A DNA stretch of 64,000 bases from Haplodiscus bocki. Taxonomy: Eukaryota. How positions within the stretch are numbered: the stretch's first letter is position 1; each line of letters begins with the position of its first letter. Shown here piece by piece: positions 13,999 to 26,107 of this stretch. The position numbers were made by a program, and so were the translations under genes. The DNA is taken from the NCBI GenBank assembly GCA_965655095.1, contig OZ296651.1, forward strand, positions 28,148,001 to 28,212,000. The letters run 5' to 3'. Below the pieces are notes generated by a model. That model was not told the DNA's origin. It was given only the letters and a program-made list of their open reading frames with translations, and did not search any database.

Positions 13999-14795
13999 CA
14001 GTAGTGTCAGAAAAGAAAGGAACCTTTATTTGTGAATTAATACTGGAACGATACATATACTTGCGTAATACTCAAAAACAACAGAAAATCACAAATTATG
14101 TTCAAAACAAAAGTTTCTTAGAATTTCATCTAGTTTACAATGGTGTTTGTTTGAAACTTCTAGGATCAATATTTTAGAAGTTAGAGATTTTGCATCTCTA
14201 TGTATTAAGATAGGAGGTTGATTTTGCGTCACAACTTTCGATGTTTTAAGTACCTTCTACTCCGTTTTTGTTTACATTTCATATACTTTCAAGATGCCCG
14301 TCATCCACTGATTACACTCAGAAGCTGGTAGCTCCCCAGTGTTTACACTATCAAAATGGCGAGACATTTCTTAAGAAAAAGTAGTCATCCCAATGTTAAT
14401 ACGTTGTAAAGGGTGTCATCTCTTAAAGAATGTCTGCCATTTTGATAGTGTAAACACTGTGGAGCTACCAGCTTCTGAGTGTAATCAGTGGATGACGGGC
14501 ATCTTACAGTATATGAAATGTAAACAAAAACGGACTAGAAGGTACTTAAAACATCGAAAGTTGTGACGCAAAATCAACCTCCTATCTTAATACATAGAGG
14601 TGCAAAATTACTAACTTCTATAATGTTGATCCTAGAAGTTTCAAACAAACACCATTGTAAACTAGATAAAATTCTAAGAAACTTTTGTTTCGAACATAGT
14701 TTGTGATTTTCTGTTGTTTTTGAGTATTACGCAAGTATATGTATCGTTCCAGATCAATTCACAAATAAAGGTTCCTTTCTTTTCTGACACTACTG
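13999..14795. mobile_element. 797-bp near-perfect palindromic (foldback) MITE, Tc1/mariner-type ends
   Basis: TA|CAGTAGTGTCAGAAAAGAAAGG ... CCTTTCTTTTCTGACACTACTG|TA; arms of ~375 bp pair up to a short spacer at ~14378-14418; TA target-site duplication. Confidence 0.92.
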
Positions 14796-15202
14796 TACTA
14801 GTCCATGTGAGAATATTAGTTTTAAACTGGACTTTTACAAAACTAAAGTAGTAAAATTAATAAATTCTTCCAAGATGGACAAATCATTGCAGAATGATTT
14901 GAGTACAAGCTATTGATTTTTCTGTTCAATTTTCAAATTTATCTGTTGGTTTTTTGTATCGCTTTGATGGGTTCTCTTTTAATCAATTTGGTTTTTTGAA
15001 GACTCGATCGAAAGCTTCATATACATTGGTTTTTCTGAAGCAAATCAATTCGCATTATAAAAGAGTTTTTTTAACTGAGCAGAAACATTTATCGATAATC
15101 TTGAACGACAAATGCTTTGCTGTCAGGTTTCGGTGCGCCAGAGGTGCCTGTTTTTCAAAATATTGCACTTCTACAGTAATTCCAGATTGATGCTTCCGTA
15201 CA

Positions 15203-15907
15203 ATGACTGATTCCAACTCTACAGATTCTTCTCGTGGATTTTTTGAAGTCGATGTTAGCATTTTAGAATGTTTCTTCTACTATTACAACTCCGATATTGG
15301 CAACTCCATGTTTTTTCCCATAACAAGCCCATTCGAAATCGGTTCAGAATCGATATCGGCCTATCCGGAGAAAGTTGGTTTTTTCACTCTAACAAAGTTG
15401 AACTCTGACGACCGATGTTCCACTCCAAACATTTCAGGCCCTAGCCAATCATCTATTGATTCCAAAAAGAGATCTCTCTATGAGGAACGCAGCAGCGATA
15501 CCCTTAAAAGTAAAGATAAGAAGATAAAGGTTTCTGCAAGAAATTCAAGAAATGTTGTTTCTAAGCGGCTTGTTGGTGAGCCTCAGAAAGAATATAATCC
15601 TCCTCAGTTGAATTTCAGTCCTGAGAGGGTCAGAAGTGGTCGCAAACCAAAAGAGACTGTAAAAGAATTGAAAATAGAAGGCAAACAGTATTTCAAATGC
15701 ATGAAGTGTCGTTACAAAGGGAGACGGAAGTCCTGTATATCAAGACACGTGACCTGTAAACATCCTGTTCCCCCACTTTCTTACAAATGCGTGACTTGTT
15801 ACAAGTCTTGCTCTTCCCGTAAAAATCTCATGATGCACTATGTCAATGTACATCATGTGAAAGAGGCTGTTGCTAAAGCCAGTGCTAATTTGGCTAAAAG
15901 TCGATGA
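15203..15907 (+). CDS. C2H2 zinc-finger gene 4
   Basis: FFEVDVSILECFF motif; CMKC..H..H and CVTC..H..H fingers; EAVAKASA tail. Confidence 0.85.
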   Translation: MTDSNSTDSSRGFFEVDVSILECFFYYYNSDIGNSMFFPITSPFEIGSESISAYPEKVGFFTLTKLNSDDRCSTPNISGPSQSSIDSKKRSLYEERSSDTLKSKDKKIKVSARNSRNVVSKRLVGEPQKEYNPPQLNFSPERVRSGRKPKETVKELKIEGKQYFKCMKCRYKGRRKSCISRHVTCKHPVPPLSYKCVTCYKSCSSRKNLMMHYVNVHHVKEAVAKASANLAKSR

Positions 15908-17999
15908 AGGAACTCTTTGAACAGATAAAAAAATTGAATATCAAGAAACCATTTGCAAAGCAAGCAGATTCAATTACGAAGATATTAGAGCCTTTAGCTT
16001 ATTATCATAGCTTACGGTTGCTTGAATTGTTTCAAGGAAGATATAAAGCCTTTATATAATCTTTAAAGGTGTAGTTTTGTTTTCAACTCACGGGTTCTTG
16101 TATGTTTTCTGCAAAAATGAGTTTAAAGAATTACCGTAATCAGCTTTTTGCAGAGAATGTGCCGTCGCATCACTCATTTTTTTGTGCACCCTCGTTCAGA
16201 TTTTTTGGGCTTTTTAATGATGGTACGTTTATGTACAAGATACTGTTTCTACATATTCTGACTGAAAGGAAGAATGAATATTGGAAACCATCTTGGGGGT
16301 AGTGTTATCCTGTCTGAAACTTCCATTTTTTTACGTCATCAGAGAGTATAGTTATTTAGTGTAAACGGACAAAAACGGGCTCTTTTTGGTGAGTACTTGC
16401 TAATTTCCGTGTTGTTTGCTGTGAAAACTTTTAAACACTGGGCAGCAAAATGGCGTACCTGAAAAACATGAATAAGATCATTTTTTTATTGATACTGTGT
16501 GGCAAGTACTTGCTCACATTCGCCTTTTTATCTGTGCAAATTTCTTAAACATTGATCGGCAAAATGGCATAATCTGAAAAGACGCGAATGACACCAACTT
16601 ATTGGGTATGAGAACTTGTGAGAGTTATTTGTCTTTTTCGGACAAACTCTTGATTGACAGCTCGTGTAGTATTTCTAAAAGTCAAGTCACTGTGTTGCGG
16701 CGTTCCGCTTTTGAAGGTCACTTCAATCGGTTTTGCATTACTGTTAAAAGAACAAGTCTAGAAGTTTATTTTCTTCCCCCGACCGTGGTGTGCATTAATA
16801 CAATCGAAAAGTTTCGAGGAAATATATGATATCGGACAGTTTTTTTTCAGAATCGGAGCGAGCAAATCGAGTGAAAGCCTCTGTTATTACGTTTTCACGT
16901 TTTTTTTTCTGTCAATTTGCGAGTTTTCGCAGGCAGCGCGACAATTTTCGACTTTCAATCCCAACAGCGTAAGCAACGTGTTTCAAACCGTACAAAATAT
17001 CGTTTTTGCTCATTTTCAACTTTCGCCATATTCGCTAGTCCAAAAACCCAAAATCGCTAGAACTGCTGATTACGGCCGAGTTTTCGTTTTTGTCCCTAGA
17101 AAAGCAACGTTTCAGGGCGGAATTAGACTAATTTGATACCAACCGATACGTTTTTTTTTCGGGAAAATCTGATTTTTGTTTTTTCTTGATTTTAGTACAC
17201 GCAAATGGTGAATTTCTGCTATTTTTCCGGACTATTCATTTCTTTGCTTTGTGGACCATCTTTTTGACTAATCATTCATGATAAATCAATGGGAAAAGTT
17301 GTATTTTCCATTTTTTCATTTTTTTGAAACTACAATCAAATAAAGGGTTTTTAGAGTTTCAAGGCCAGCCTAAAATAACTAACCTCGTGAATTTTGCAGA
17401 ATTTCCGCTTTTTAGTTTGAGTAGCAACTTTCTACCCTCTAGCTTCAACTATTGCGATACTGCAGGAAAAAATAAACCGAGTACAGCGCAGTTTGTGAGA
17501 ATTGTTCTGTTTATAATCTTCTTCGGTGTTTTAAATAGCGTTTTTGATGCGTGAAGCCAGCGAAACATAGCTAATTTTGCAATTTTCCCGGAAATTTTCA
17601 AATACTGCCGGCGTTGTCATTTTTAGATACTAGGGCAAACTGATATGGTTCACGGGAGAAAGCAACTTTACTACAGCGGATAATGTTTTTTTTTTCAAAT
17701 TTTTATGTTTTACAGTGGTATAAGTTAAACTAGAAAACGCTGCTATTTGGACCTTTGAGAAATTTTTGCTCTTTTGCCTTCTGAATATGTTTTTTTGTTA
17801 CAAAGCCCATGAAAACTCTTACGAAGCGACACGGTTAGCGAATTCCCACAAAAAATTGAACAACAACAGTTTTTGCTAGAAAAATGTCATTTTCGTTGTT
17901 TAACAGTTGGTGAAATTAGCAATTTTTGCACTATTTCCAAAACTTTGTATTTGCCTTTCAAATAACTTTTATGGGTATGCCTCCAGCTGTAATAAGTTT

Positions 18000-20900
18000 A
18001 GAGAATATACCCGAAGTTTTTTAGTTTCGTCTAGATTGGTGCTTTGAAGTCAGCCAGAAATCAGTGATTTTTTAATGAATTTTTTGGTTTTTGGCCCCCG
18101 AAATCAACTTTTTAGCTTTGACTGCATCAAGTGCGAGAAAAATACATGGGCTATGGCTGAGAACGGGTTCTTCAAGTTTCATTCTTGACAATGAATTTAC
18201 TTTGTTTGATAGGTAGTCCTCGTCCCAACTGGTGTGCCTATTGCCTATATTTTTTCTTCCTAACACCACAATCCACAGTTTAGGAAACTTTTTTCTCGTT
18301 TTCAACCAAGGTTTCTTGAAAGCTAAGAATATCTAGAAGCGTTTCAGTGGATCCTTATTTCGCGTTTGGTTTTTTGTTCAGCTATGATTGCCGGAAAATA
18401 CCAAAAAAGCGCCTAAAAGGTTGATTTTGATCCTATTTAACGATGAGTTTTTCTAAACTCCCCACACAATTGCTTTCCTTTCAAGCATAATCGAAAGCCT
18501 AATGTTTTTGGATTCACTTAACTGGAGCACATTTCCTAATTTTTGTTATTTTTTTCGAAATGACGGTCCTAACATTGCAATAAATGAATGTGATAATTTT
18601 TAGAAATGTTTTTTTTTCTCTACCAGTTCATTTTTGCTGGCCTCGGGTTTAGTCGGAAGTGTTGTTACTTTTACATTGTTATGATATTTGGTTGAACTAC
18701 TTAGAATTGATGGATCGACTACTGTTAAAGAGACATGTTGTCGATTTTAATCATATTTCGTTGTGGCTTTTCTTTAACTGTTACTTCAGTTTCTTACATC
18801 CAGGGCTCAATCGAAAACCTTTTATGTTTAGGTTAATTTAATTGTTGCTGAGGGTCAATTCACTTCTTCTTTCGACCGGTATTGTTCGTCGAAAATGGGT
18901 TCGTAGGTTCGAAAAGTTTTTGTTTCGATTGTTCAACGAAGTCAAACATTGGTTAAATGTTTTTAGCAAGCTGTCAATTGGGTGGTGGAGAGCTCCTGTG
19001 CTCTTTTTCTGAAAATTCGGAACTTTCAGCCCTTGTCCTACTCTGAACGCGCTCTTTCGCTCTACTGAAAATCAGAAAAATCGGTTCATTTTTTGTCCGG
19101 AAGCATAAACTTCGATGAAAACTTCAGAATTGATTTTTTCAGGTGACTATTTAATAAGCTTCTTCCAAAATTTCTGCGGTAGTTTTTAATCACTTTGCAA
19201 AGGATAGCTTAGATTGCAAAGTGCTTATTTGGTACTCATTTGAATTATAGTAAGGCCTAAAATCCGAAATTTCGAACTTTTTCAAATCTGAACAGAAACT
19301 TCGGAACGAAAATGAAATTTTCGAGTCAGAAGTAACTAAAAAATTCAACGGATATTTCATACTTTCTCTTCCTGTCGTAATTTAAGACGACAGGAAGGTC
19401 GTCAATCCAGTGTCTAGAAATTTCGTTCTCATGTTTGCCAGAGAAAGATTTTTTTTCAAAAGTATCTGTCGGTCACTGTCATTGTCCTCATTGCCTGCCT
19501 CAATGACTTGATGGTCAATTACAATAAGTCAGTCAGTAACGTTCGATGACTACAAAAACTTGGGTTCGATCTCCGCTAGGACCAGATTTCTTGAAACGAA
19601 TTTCGCCTTTTTGTCAACTTTGCAAAAAAATTAGTTTGGAAAAACCAAGTATTTTCTCTTTCGAGTTTTTTCATTACAAGCAAGTTCCAAATCTGTAGAC
19701 TTTGGAAGCTAGGCATTGTATTGACTCTAGTGTAAACAACCCAAAAACTTCTCGTCCAGCTGAATTTTTATACTTCTATCATTTGGTATATGTTTACAGT
19801 TGTAACAAATCAGAAATTTATTCGAAAAAAAAATTAAATATTAAATTTCGAAACAACTAACAACTGTAAGTAAACTAGTCTCCTCCGGGTCTCAGAATAA
19901 CCAGAATATCTCGGCCCGAACCTTTCTCTATAAAATCTTCTCAGTCCAAATATGCCGAAGAAGTAATTGTTTTTGTCGTATATTTGACAAAAAATTATAG
20001 CTTCTGTTTGTTTGGTTTTTTTTTGTGCAAAAATTTCTCAAACTTCAAAAGTATGTGCGTTATTGCATAGGCTCACATGACTTTTAAGAAATCAAAGTTT
20101 TCCGGGTAGCCCAGTTTTTTTTGTTCCAAGTATGATAGAAAGGCTGTCATGTTCCGAATTAGTATTGATTTCTCTCGTTCGAACTCCTTCTCCTGCATAG
20201 CCACCAGCTGTACTTCTGTCATAATGTAAGTCGTTAGTTTTCAAATTGAAGAAGGGTTTTTCAACGCGTTAAGTTTGGATTTTTTTGATCGGAGTCCAGA
20301 TAGGCCGAAAGTGCCGTTGTTTATGACTAATCTCTATTCTCACACAAATCCCCAAAACTACTAGCTTGATTTCTTCCTGCGATGACTCGATTTACAGTTC
20401 TTCACACACTGAAGTGCACTCAACACAGAAATGCCTGCTTCGATTATTGCACTAGAATTCTGATAGGCCGAACAAGGCGAAGATTGCCATTAGTTTTGAC
20501 TTTTCTCAATTCTCGAACTCAAAGTTCTCTGAAACTACTGGCTTGATGTCCCCAGTCAGTGTCTTAGTTGAGAGTTTTTGGTTTCTAAAAGGGCATTTAG
20601 CGCTTAACTCTCAGATTTTGTTGATGGCATCCGAATTGTCAGAAACCAAATATGTGAAAAAATTTCATCAGTATCTACTTTTCAAGACCTTCGAACATAC
20701 TTTCCTCCGAAACTACCGACTGGAATTCTTTCTTCAGGGCATCAGCGAGGAGTTTTCCTTTCGCAGGAAAGCACTCAACTCGAAAATGTCCTTCCAATAG
20801 AATCCTGATATGCCGGAAAAGCGAATAGTTCGCCATCAGCTTTGTTTTTTCTGATTTTTTTGATGGATGATTTTATGGAAGTCTTCGAAGTGCAACCAGT

Positions 20901-21050
20901 TTCGATATTTCCTCGATACTTCATCAATTTTGAAATATCATTTCATGGAACGCGGGCCTGCACTTCACCTAAGTTTTCGAAATAGATAGAGAAGACGGAT
21001 GTTGACGAAGTAAAAAAAATGGTTCCCTTCCGAAATGTTTTGCGCCGGTT
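18000..21050 (-). pseudogene. Decayed Pao/BEL LTR retrotransposon pol (RNaseH/integrase) relic
   Basis: Minus-strand echoes in Pao order: 'KFLDTGL' (F.xTG.D), 'SLNNR' (LNxRP), 'SWDEDYL' (W..EYL). Confidence 0.4.
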
Positions 21051-21436
21051 TTTCGATGGCAGAGTTGTAAAAATTTAGCTGTTTTGGCTGTTTTAACTCT
21101 ATTTAACCATTTTCAATGTACTATACATTTACAGGTAGGCCTTCAATATCCCGTCTTGTTATATGTCCAATCAGCTACAGCTAAAAATTTTTCGATCTAA
21201 AAAGTAGTTGACACCGCCATTAAAACTATTTTCGAAAATCCTAATGAAAGTTGCTCGTATTATGGTGATCTGTTCTGGTCAAGTTTGCAAGTTTTGGTGA
21301 CTTTTTTGCTTCAGGAAAAAATGAGAATTTCAAGGATTCCGTTAAATTTTTTGAATTCTTTTGAATCGGAGAAAGGCCTTTAAATAAAACGCTCATCACT
21401 GAGTAGCTTGAATATTTTTTCCGTGAACTATTTGCC

Positions 21437-22778
21437 GGTGTCAGGACATTTCACCCCGCAGACATTTCACCCCGCAGACATTTCACCCCAGGACATTCCA
21501 CCCCACAGACAGTTGCAGCCCAAAATACCCGAATCCAACATAGGCAAGCCCAAAATACCTAAAGTCCCAAAGTACCTAAGCTAAAATTACCCAAAGTGCA
21601 AAATATCCAATATACCCAAAAGCAACGTACCCAATATTTGAACAGCCATACCAATTAAATAATTGAAAGCGCTTTAACATTAACTTTTCCCAAAAACTTG
21701 AATGTTGCATAGTAACTAAATTGATATTGCAATTATGATGTTAATTGTTATTTCTCTTACAATAAAATTCTATCCACCATTATAAATTCACTGAACAAAA
21801 TTAGTACCACATCTAGTATCTACTTTGCAAAAATTCACTATTTTGGACTTTAAAGTTTTTGAAAACCCGAAATTATACCTAAAATTTATGACAAAAACGA
21901 AAAAATCAGATATATGTAAAAAGCAGATGAAGTCTGTTGCAAAGAAATGCGGGCGTTACATTTCTGTCTCACAGTGCGGGAAATTTTGTGGGTTGCCCTT
22001 TACTGTTCTCAAAAAATTGCTGAAATTAATTTTTGTCTTTATAATGGGCAAAGTTTGAAAATTTGGGGTGGCCACTTACAAAAAATGACTCTAATGAAAA
22101 TTAATAATTGCAAAGTCTCAAAAACTACACTTCCAGAAAATTATTTTGTGTGTTTAGACGGAATTTTGGAAATGCAAGTTTCCGTTTATTTTTTCAAGCA
22201 AAAACTGATTTCGAATTTTTCCAAAAATGTTTTTCTGTTCAAGGTTATTTTCTGTAGATATTTTGACGTGTGGTATTTTAATCTGACACCAATATTTTTG
22301 AAACATCATTTAACTTCTAGCGTTAAGACGCTGTTAATTATTTACTTAGTATAGTTTTTTCAATCTTGGTATTTTGGGACTTTAGGTATTTTGGGCTTGG
22401 GTAATTTGGGACGTATGGAATTTTGGGCTTCGGTAGTTTGTTCTGCCACCCCCAGGGACATTTCACCCCGAATTGAAAAGTAGTTTTGATTACCGCTGAT
22501 ATTAATATGCATGGTGAACAAATAGATAAGATTATTAGTATAATAAAAACACGAGGTGTTAATAACAATAATTCTATGCGAAGGCCCTAAAATAAGGTTT
22601 TAATAGAAACAATCTCTTGCTAATTCGTCAAATTGAGTAGTAAATGTAAGGTGCAGTAGAAAGCAAAAAGAAAATAGTTCTCTAATTATACTTCCAAATT
22701 AACATTATCAGATGCTTTCAAAAATGAGGAGAAAATGTCCGTCGGGTGAACGAACTGTCTTGGGGTGAAAGGTCCTGA
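21437..22778. mobile_element. TIR element with GACATTTCACCCC repeats, containing a nested inverted-repeat element (~21510-22448)
   Basis: TCAGGACATTTCACCCC at left and GGGGTGAAAGGTCCTGA at right. Internal cccaaaatacc / ggtattttggg inverted arrays interrupt the left repeat run, which resumes at 22449. Confidence 0.7.
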
Positions 22779-22823
22779 AATTTTATTTCCCATGTTAATG
22801 GTTATAAATTCAGGTCAGTTCAC

Positions 22824-23426
22824 ATGGAATTCTTTGACGTAACAATAATGTTATCTGAGAACTTTCTTGGAAAAGTCAACTGCTGGAAACCAACTCATTT
22901 CCCTCTCAAAAATCACAGCTGGACTTCTATTGGATCAGGTGAAGAGGTCGGCTCCATGATGTTGAAATCATCGACTGAGTCCCACCCATTGCATTTGGAC
23001 TTGCCGATAATTCCCCCCTCAAAAAGGTCCAGTAATTTTTCTTTTGATCCCATTGAGCATAAGAAAAAACGAGCTTCATCAAACCGGCCGAATCTTCATA
23101 ATCTTACACCTGTTTCAAGACCGGGGAATTCATTTTCTGGTACTGCGAAACCTAGCCTGGATACTTCGGACATGTTTGCAGAATGTATCCTCGCTGGTGA
23201 AAAAATTTTCGTGTGTGGTGTTTGCAATTATAAGACTAAAATCAGACCGAACATGCGGAAGCATGTGGAGTGCATGCATTCAGATAACCCGCCATGTTTT
23301 CGATGCTCGACATGTGGAAGTTCTTTCAAAGAAAAAAGTAAACTGAAAGGTCATTATATGAAGACACATAATTTGGAAGAACCCGTAGCGAAAGCTGCTG
23401 CAGCAATAGCCGTGAGCAATAGATGA
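22824..23426 (+). CDS. C2H2 zinc-finger gene 5
   Basis: MEFFDVTIMLSENFL start; CGVC and CSTC fingers; EPVAKAAA tail. Confidence 0.88.
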   Translation: MEFFDVTIMLSENFLGKVNCWKPTHFPLKNHSWTSIGSGEEVGSMMLKSSTESHPLHLDLPIIPPSKRSSNFSFDPIEHKKKRASSNRPNLHNLTPVSRPGNSFSGTAKPSLDTSDMFAECILAGEKIFVCGVCNYKTKIRPNMRKHVECMHSDNPPCFRCSTCGSSFKEKSKLKGHYMKTHNLEEPVAKAAAAIAVSNR

Positions 23427-23769
23427 TTTTGGAAACTTCATTTGATGAATTAATTTTTGCTAGTTTTTATTCATTGGCCTGTTATGTTAATTTTGCTCAT
23501 GTGCAATTGAAACTTGATGCAATAAGGTCCCCTTGGTATGGCATAACCATAAAAATGAATTATCCAACTTTTACTTACAGCAGCTGAATTCCTCTCAATG
23601 TGAAGTAGACAATATGGATCGCTTGTTGAGGTGACTTATGCCGAGGTTGAATTGTAACTGATTTTAGTATTTTGTTAGATAACGACTTTCAGGGACCATT
23701 AAATTTAATTTAGTCTGCTCATGAATAAACGTTTTCCTGATAAAAATTGTTATAGGTACTTATCATTTT

Positions 23770-25231
23770 TCGTTACATGTCATTTCGTCATACGCCATTT
23801 CAACCGCTGCAATTTTAACCGTTCACACTGCTTGGCTTTTCGACCGCTTGCAAATTCAACCGCCGCAAATTCGACCTATTTTTTTAAGTTCAAGGTTATT
23901 CAATTTTTCAAGATGTTCGAAAACAAATTGGAAAAAGTACCAAATGTACCAAACTTTGAAACGATGTTTCCGAAATTCACCCGAAAATTAAATGAATTTT
24001 GCATCTCAATAGGACAATAAACTTGAAGGGAATTTGATTTTTTTGTCACCGGCTTTGAACGTTTTTCTGAAGGGTTAGCCAGCCCGTAGTCCAATTGTAC
24101 TTCCGATCTCGGGGAGCAGTGTCTCTTGGATCGAACTGTACAACCAGCCATGTTATTGTTCTGAGACGCACTCCGGGAGGCTGCAAGGAATTATCAGGAC
24201 AAAAAATCAAATATCCCTTCACTTTAAAATTTGTGTTTCTGCAAAAAAACTGAATTTTATTCACAAAAAAGAATTACAGCAAAATAAAGGAAACGAAACA
24301 TACCAAAAATAAACCGACCGATAAACAATTTTTGCCTGAATCTTGCTATTGCTATAAAATATGGCACTGCATTTCCGAACTCTGAAGTGCTTCGGATTTT
24401 TTGCATCTGTTTTAATTTTTTCGCAACGGTGGCGCTTGGAGCACAATGAACCAAGTTCCGTCCAAAAACAATGTTTTTTTTTCAAGTTCCGTAAAAGCAA
24501 CCAAATATGCGGTGTGGAACCACTTCAAAACACCCGCATTCCGTAATGCCAGCCTTCTACGCTATTGGGCATTGCAAACTGAAATGCATATTCATCGGAA
24601 GTTTCGGACATTTCATTGGCAATCGCCACAGTTGGTGTTGAATATTGGTCTCTTCTTTTATTTTGATTGACTACTCTCGCTCGACATTTGCTGGGGTCGC
24701 ATTTGCAATTATGGTTACCTTTTCTTTCGGTGACAGTTTCCTTTTCAGTTTGCTAGATTGCGGGACATTTTAGCTTGTAATGTTTTGTGCAACGCCAATG
24801 GATACAGTTTATACTTGTTTGTTTCTGTTTATATGAGTGGCCGTCGTGCTCTGCTATTTTTCTGCCTCTGTTTGATTCTGTACTTTGAGCTTGCATTTTG
24901 GAACGTCTGATATGTGCTGCTACTGTAATACTGAATAGCTTCAGTTTCTATACACAATTTTGATTAGAGTGTGTGCGAATTGTGTTACCTTCATATTATA
25001 GGTGTGTTAATTGCTGTTTCCGGTAACTACGACGGTTTTATTATGAAACTTTGTTTTAATTATTACATTTTAGAGGGATTGGTTTTAATAACTTTTAGTT
25101 ACTGTAACTAATTGATTCCTCGATAATTGAAGCGGTCAAATTTGCGGCCGTTGAATATGCAAGCGATTGAAATATGACGCGGTCGAAAAGGCAAGCGGTT
25201 GAAATGCTATAGGAAGAAATCTCCTGATATC
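23770..25231. mobile_element. ~1.5-kb non-autonomous TIR element, copy B (same family as 7747-9338)
   Basis: Colinear high similarity, e.g. ggcaatcgccacagttggtgttgaa and tgctgctactgtaatactgaat occur in both copies. Confidence 0.75.
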
Positions 25232-25321
25232 ATCATTCTTCGCCTCCATTTTTATAATGGAAAGGAATATTATTCAATGGTTCGTTTCGTTTTTCTTTGT
25301 TTTTCAGACAAGTTTTCCAAT

Positions 25322-25380
25322 TGAGAATCTGTTCACTTCTAATGAGAATTTGTTCACTTCTAATGAGAATTTGTTCACTC
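25322..25380. repeat. 21-bp tandem repeat x~3 (TGAGAATTTGTTCACTTCTAA)
   Basis: Read directly from the sequence. Confidence 0.85.
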
Positions 25381-26107
25381 CTTGTTGCGATATTGAATAA
25401 TACTTCATTTTACCAGCGTCATGTTAATTTCCGCGTAATATTTCCAACATTTCTTATTTGGAAGGAACTTCATTCGTTCATAATTCAGGTTTTTTCTCAC
25501 ATCAGATTTCCCAATTGCACGAGGAATTTAAAGTGCACACAAAAAGTTTTTATGTCACCATTTTTTTCCAAATTTCGCATGGAATGCATCTAGCGTAGTG
25601 GTTTTTCTCAAAAATAGTTTTTGTTGCGAAAATTTATGTTTTTTTTTTTGCGAAAGAGATTTAAAAAAAACGATTTTCGATGCAATTTGGCACATTTTTG
25701 GACACTTTTTAGTTCGAATTACGGCATTTTAATGTTTCTTCCGTAATGTGGAAGACGGAAAGTATCCTGGAGTTAACCGGGCGTCTTGTTCAATTTTCAA
25801 ACAATGACGGAATCAAATCCTAAAAGTGACGTTAAAATTCCGCTGTTTGAAAATGAACTTGAAGTTAAGCAACCTGTTGTAGAAAGTGACAATTGAAAGC
25901 GGTTTCTGAGCAAACAAGGTAACAGCTTTTCACAGTGAACGTTGGCAGATTTACAGATTTCGTAATAATGGTTGCAAAATTCTCTTTGGGTCGGGCTGAG
26001 CCCGAAAAAAATAGCGACTGTGTTGCAAAGTCGACTAGTTGGGCTAAATTTTTCCTGTGAAATGAACTATTTGTCTTTCTTCCTGTCAAGTCTTCAGAAC
26101 AGTGTGT

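Noticed and set aside
7400-26100. Segmental duplication of MITE + ZF gene units (genes 3 and 6)
   Set aside because: The shared repeats are in a different order, the flanks do not align, and the MITE copies are more similar than the genes; independent insertions are simpler.
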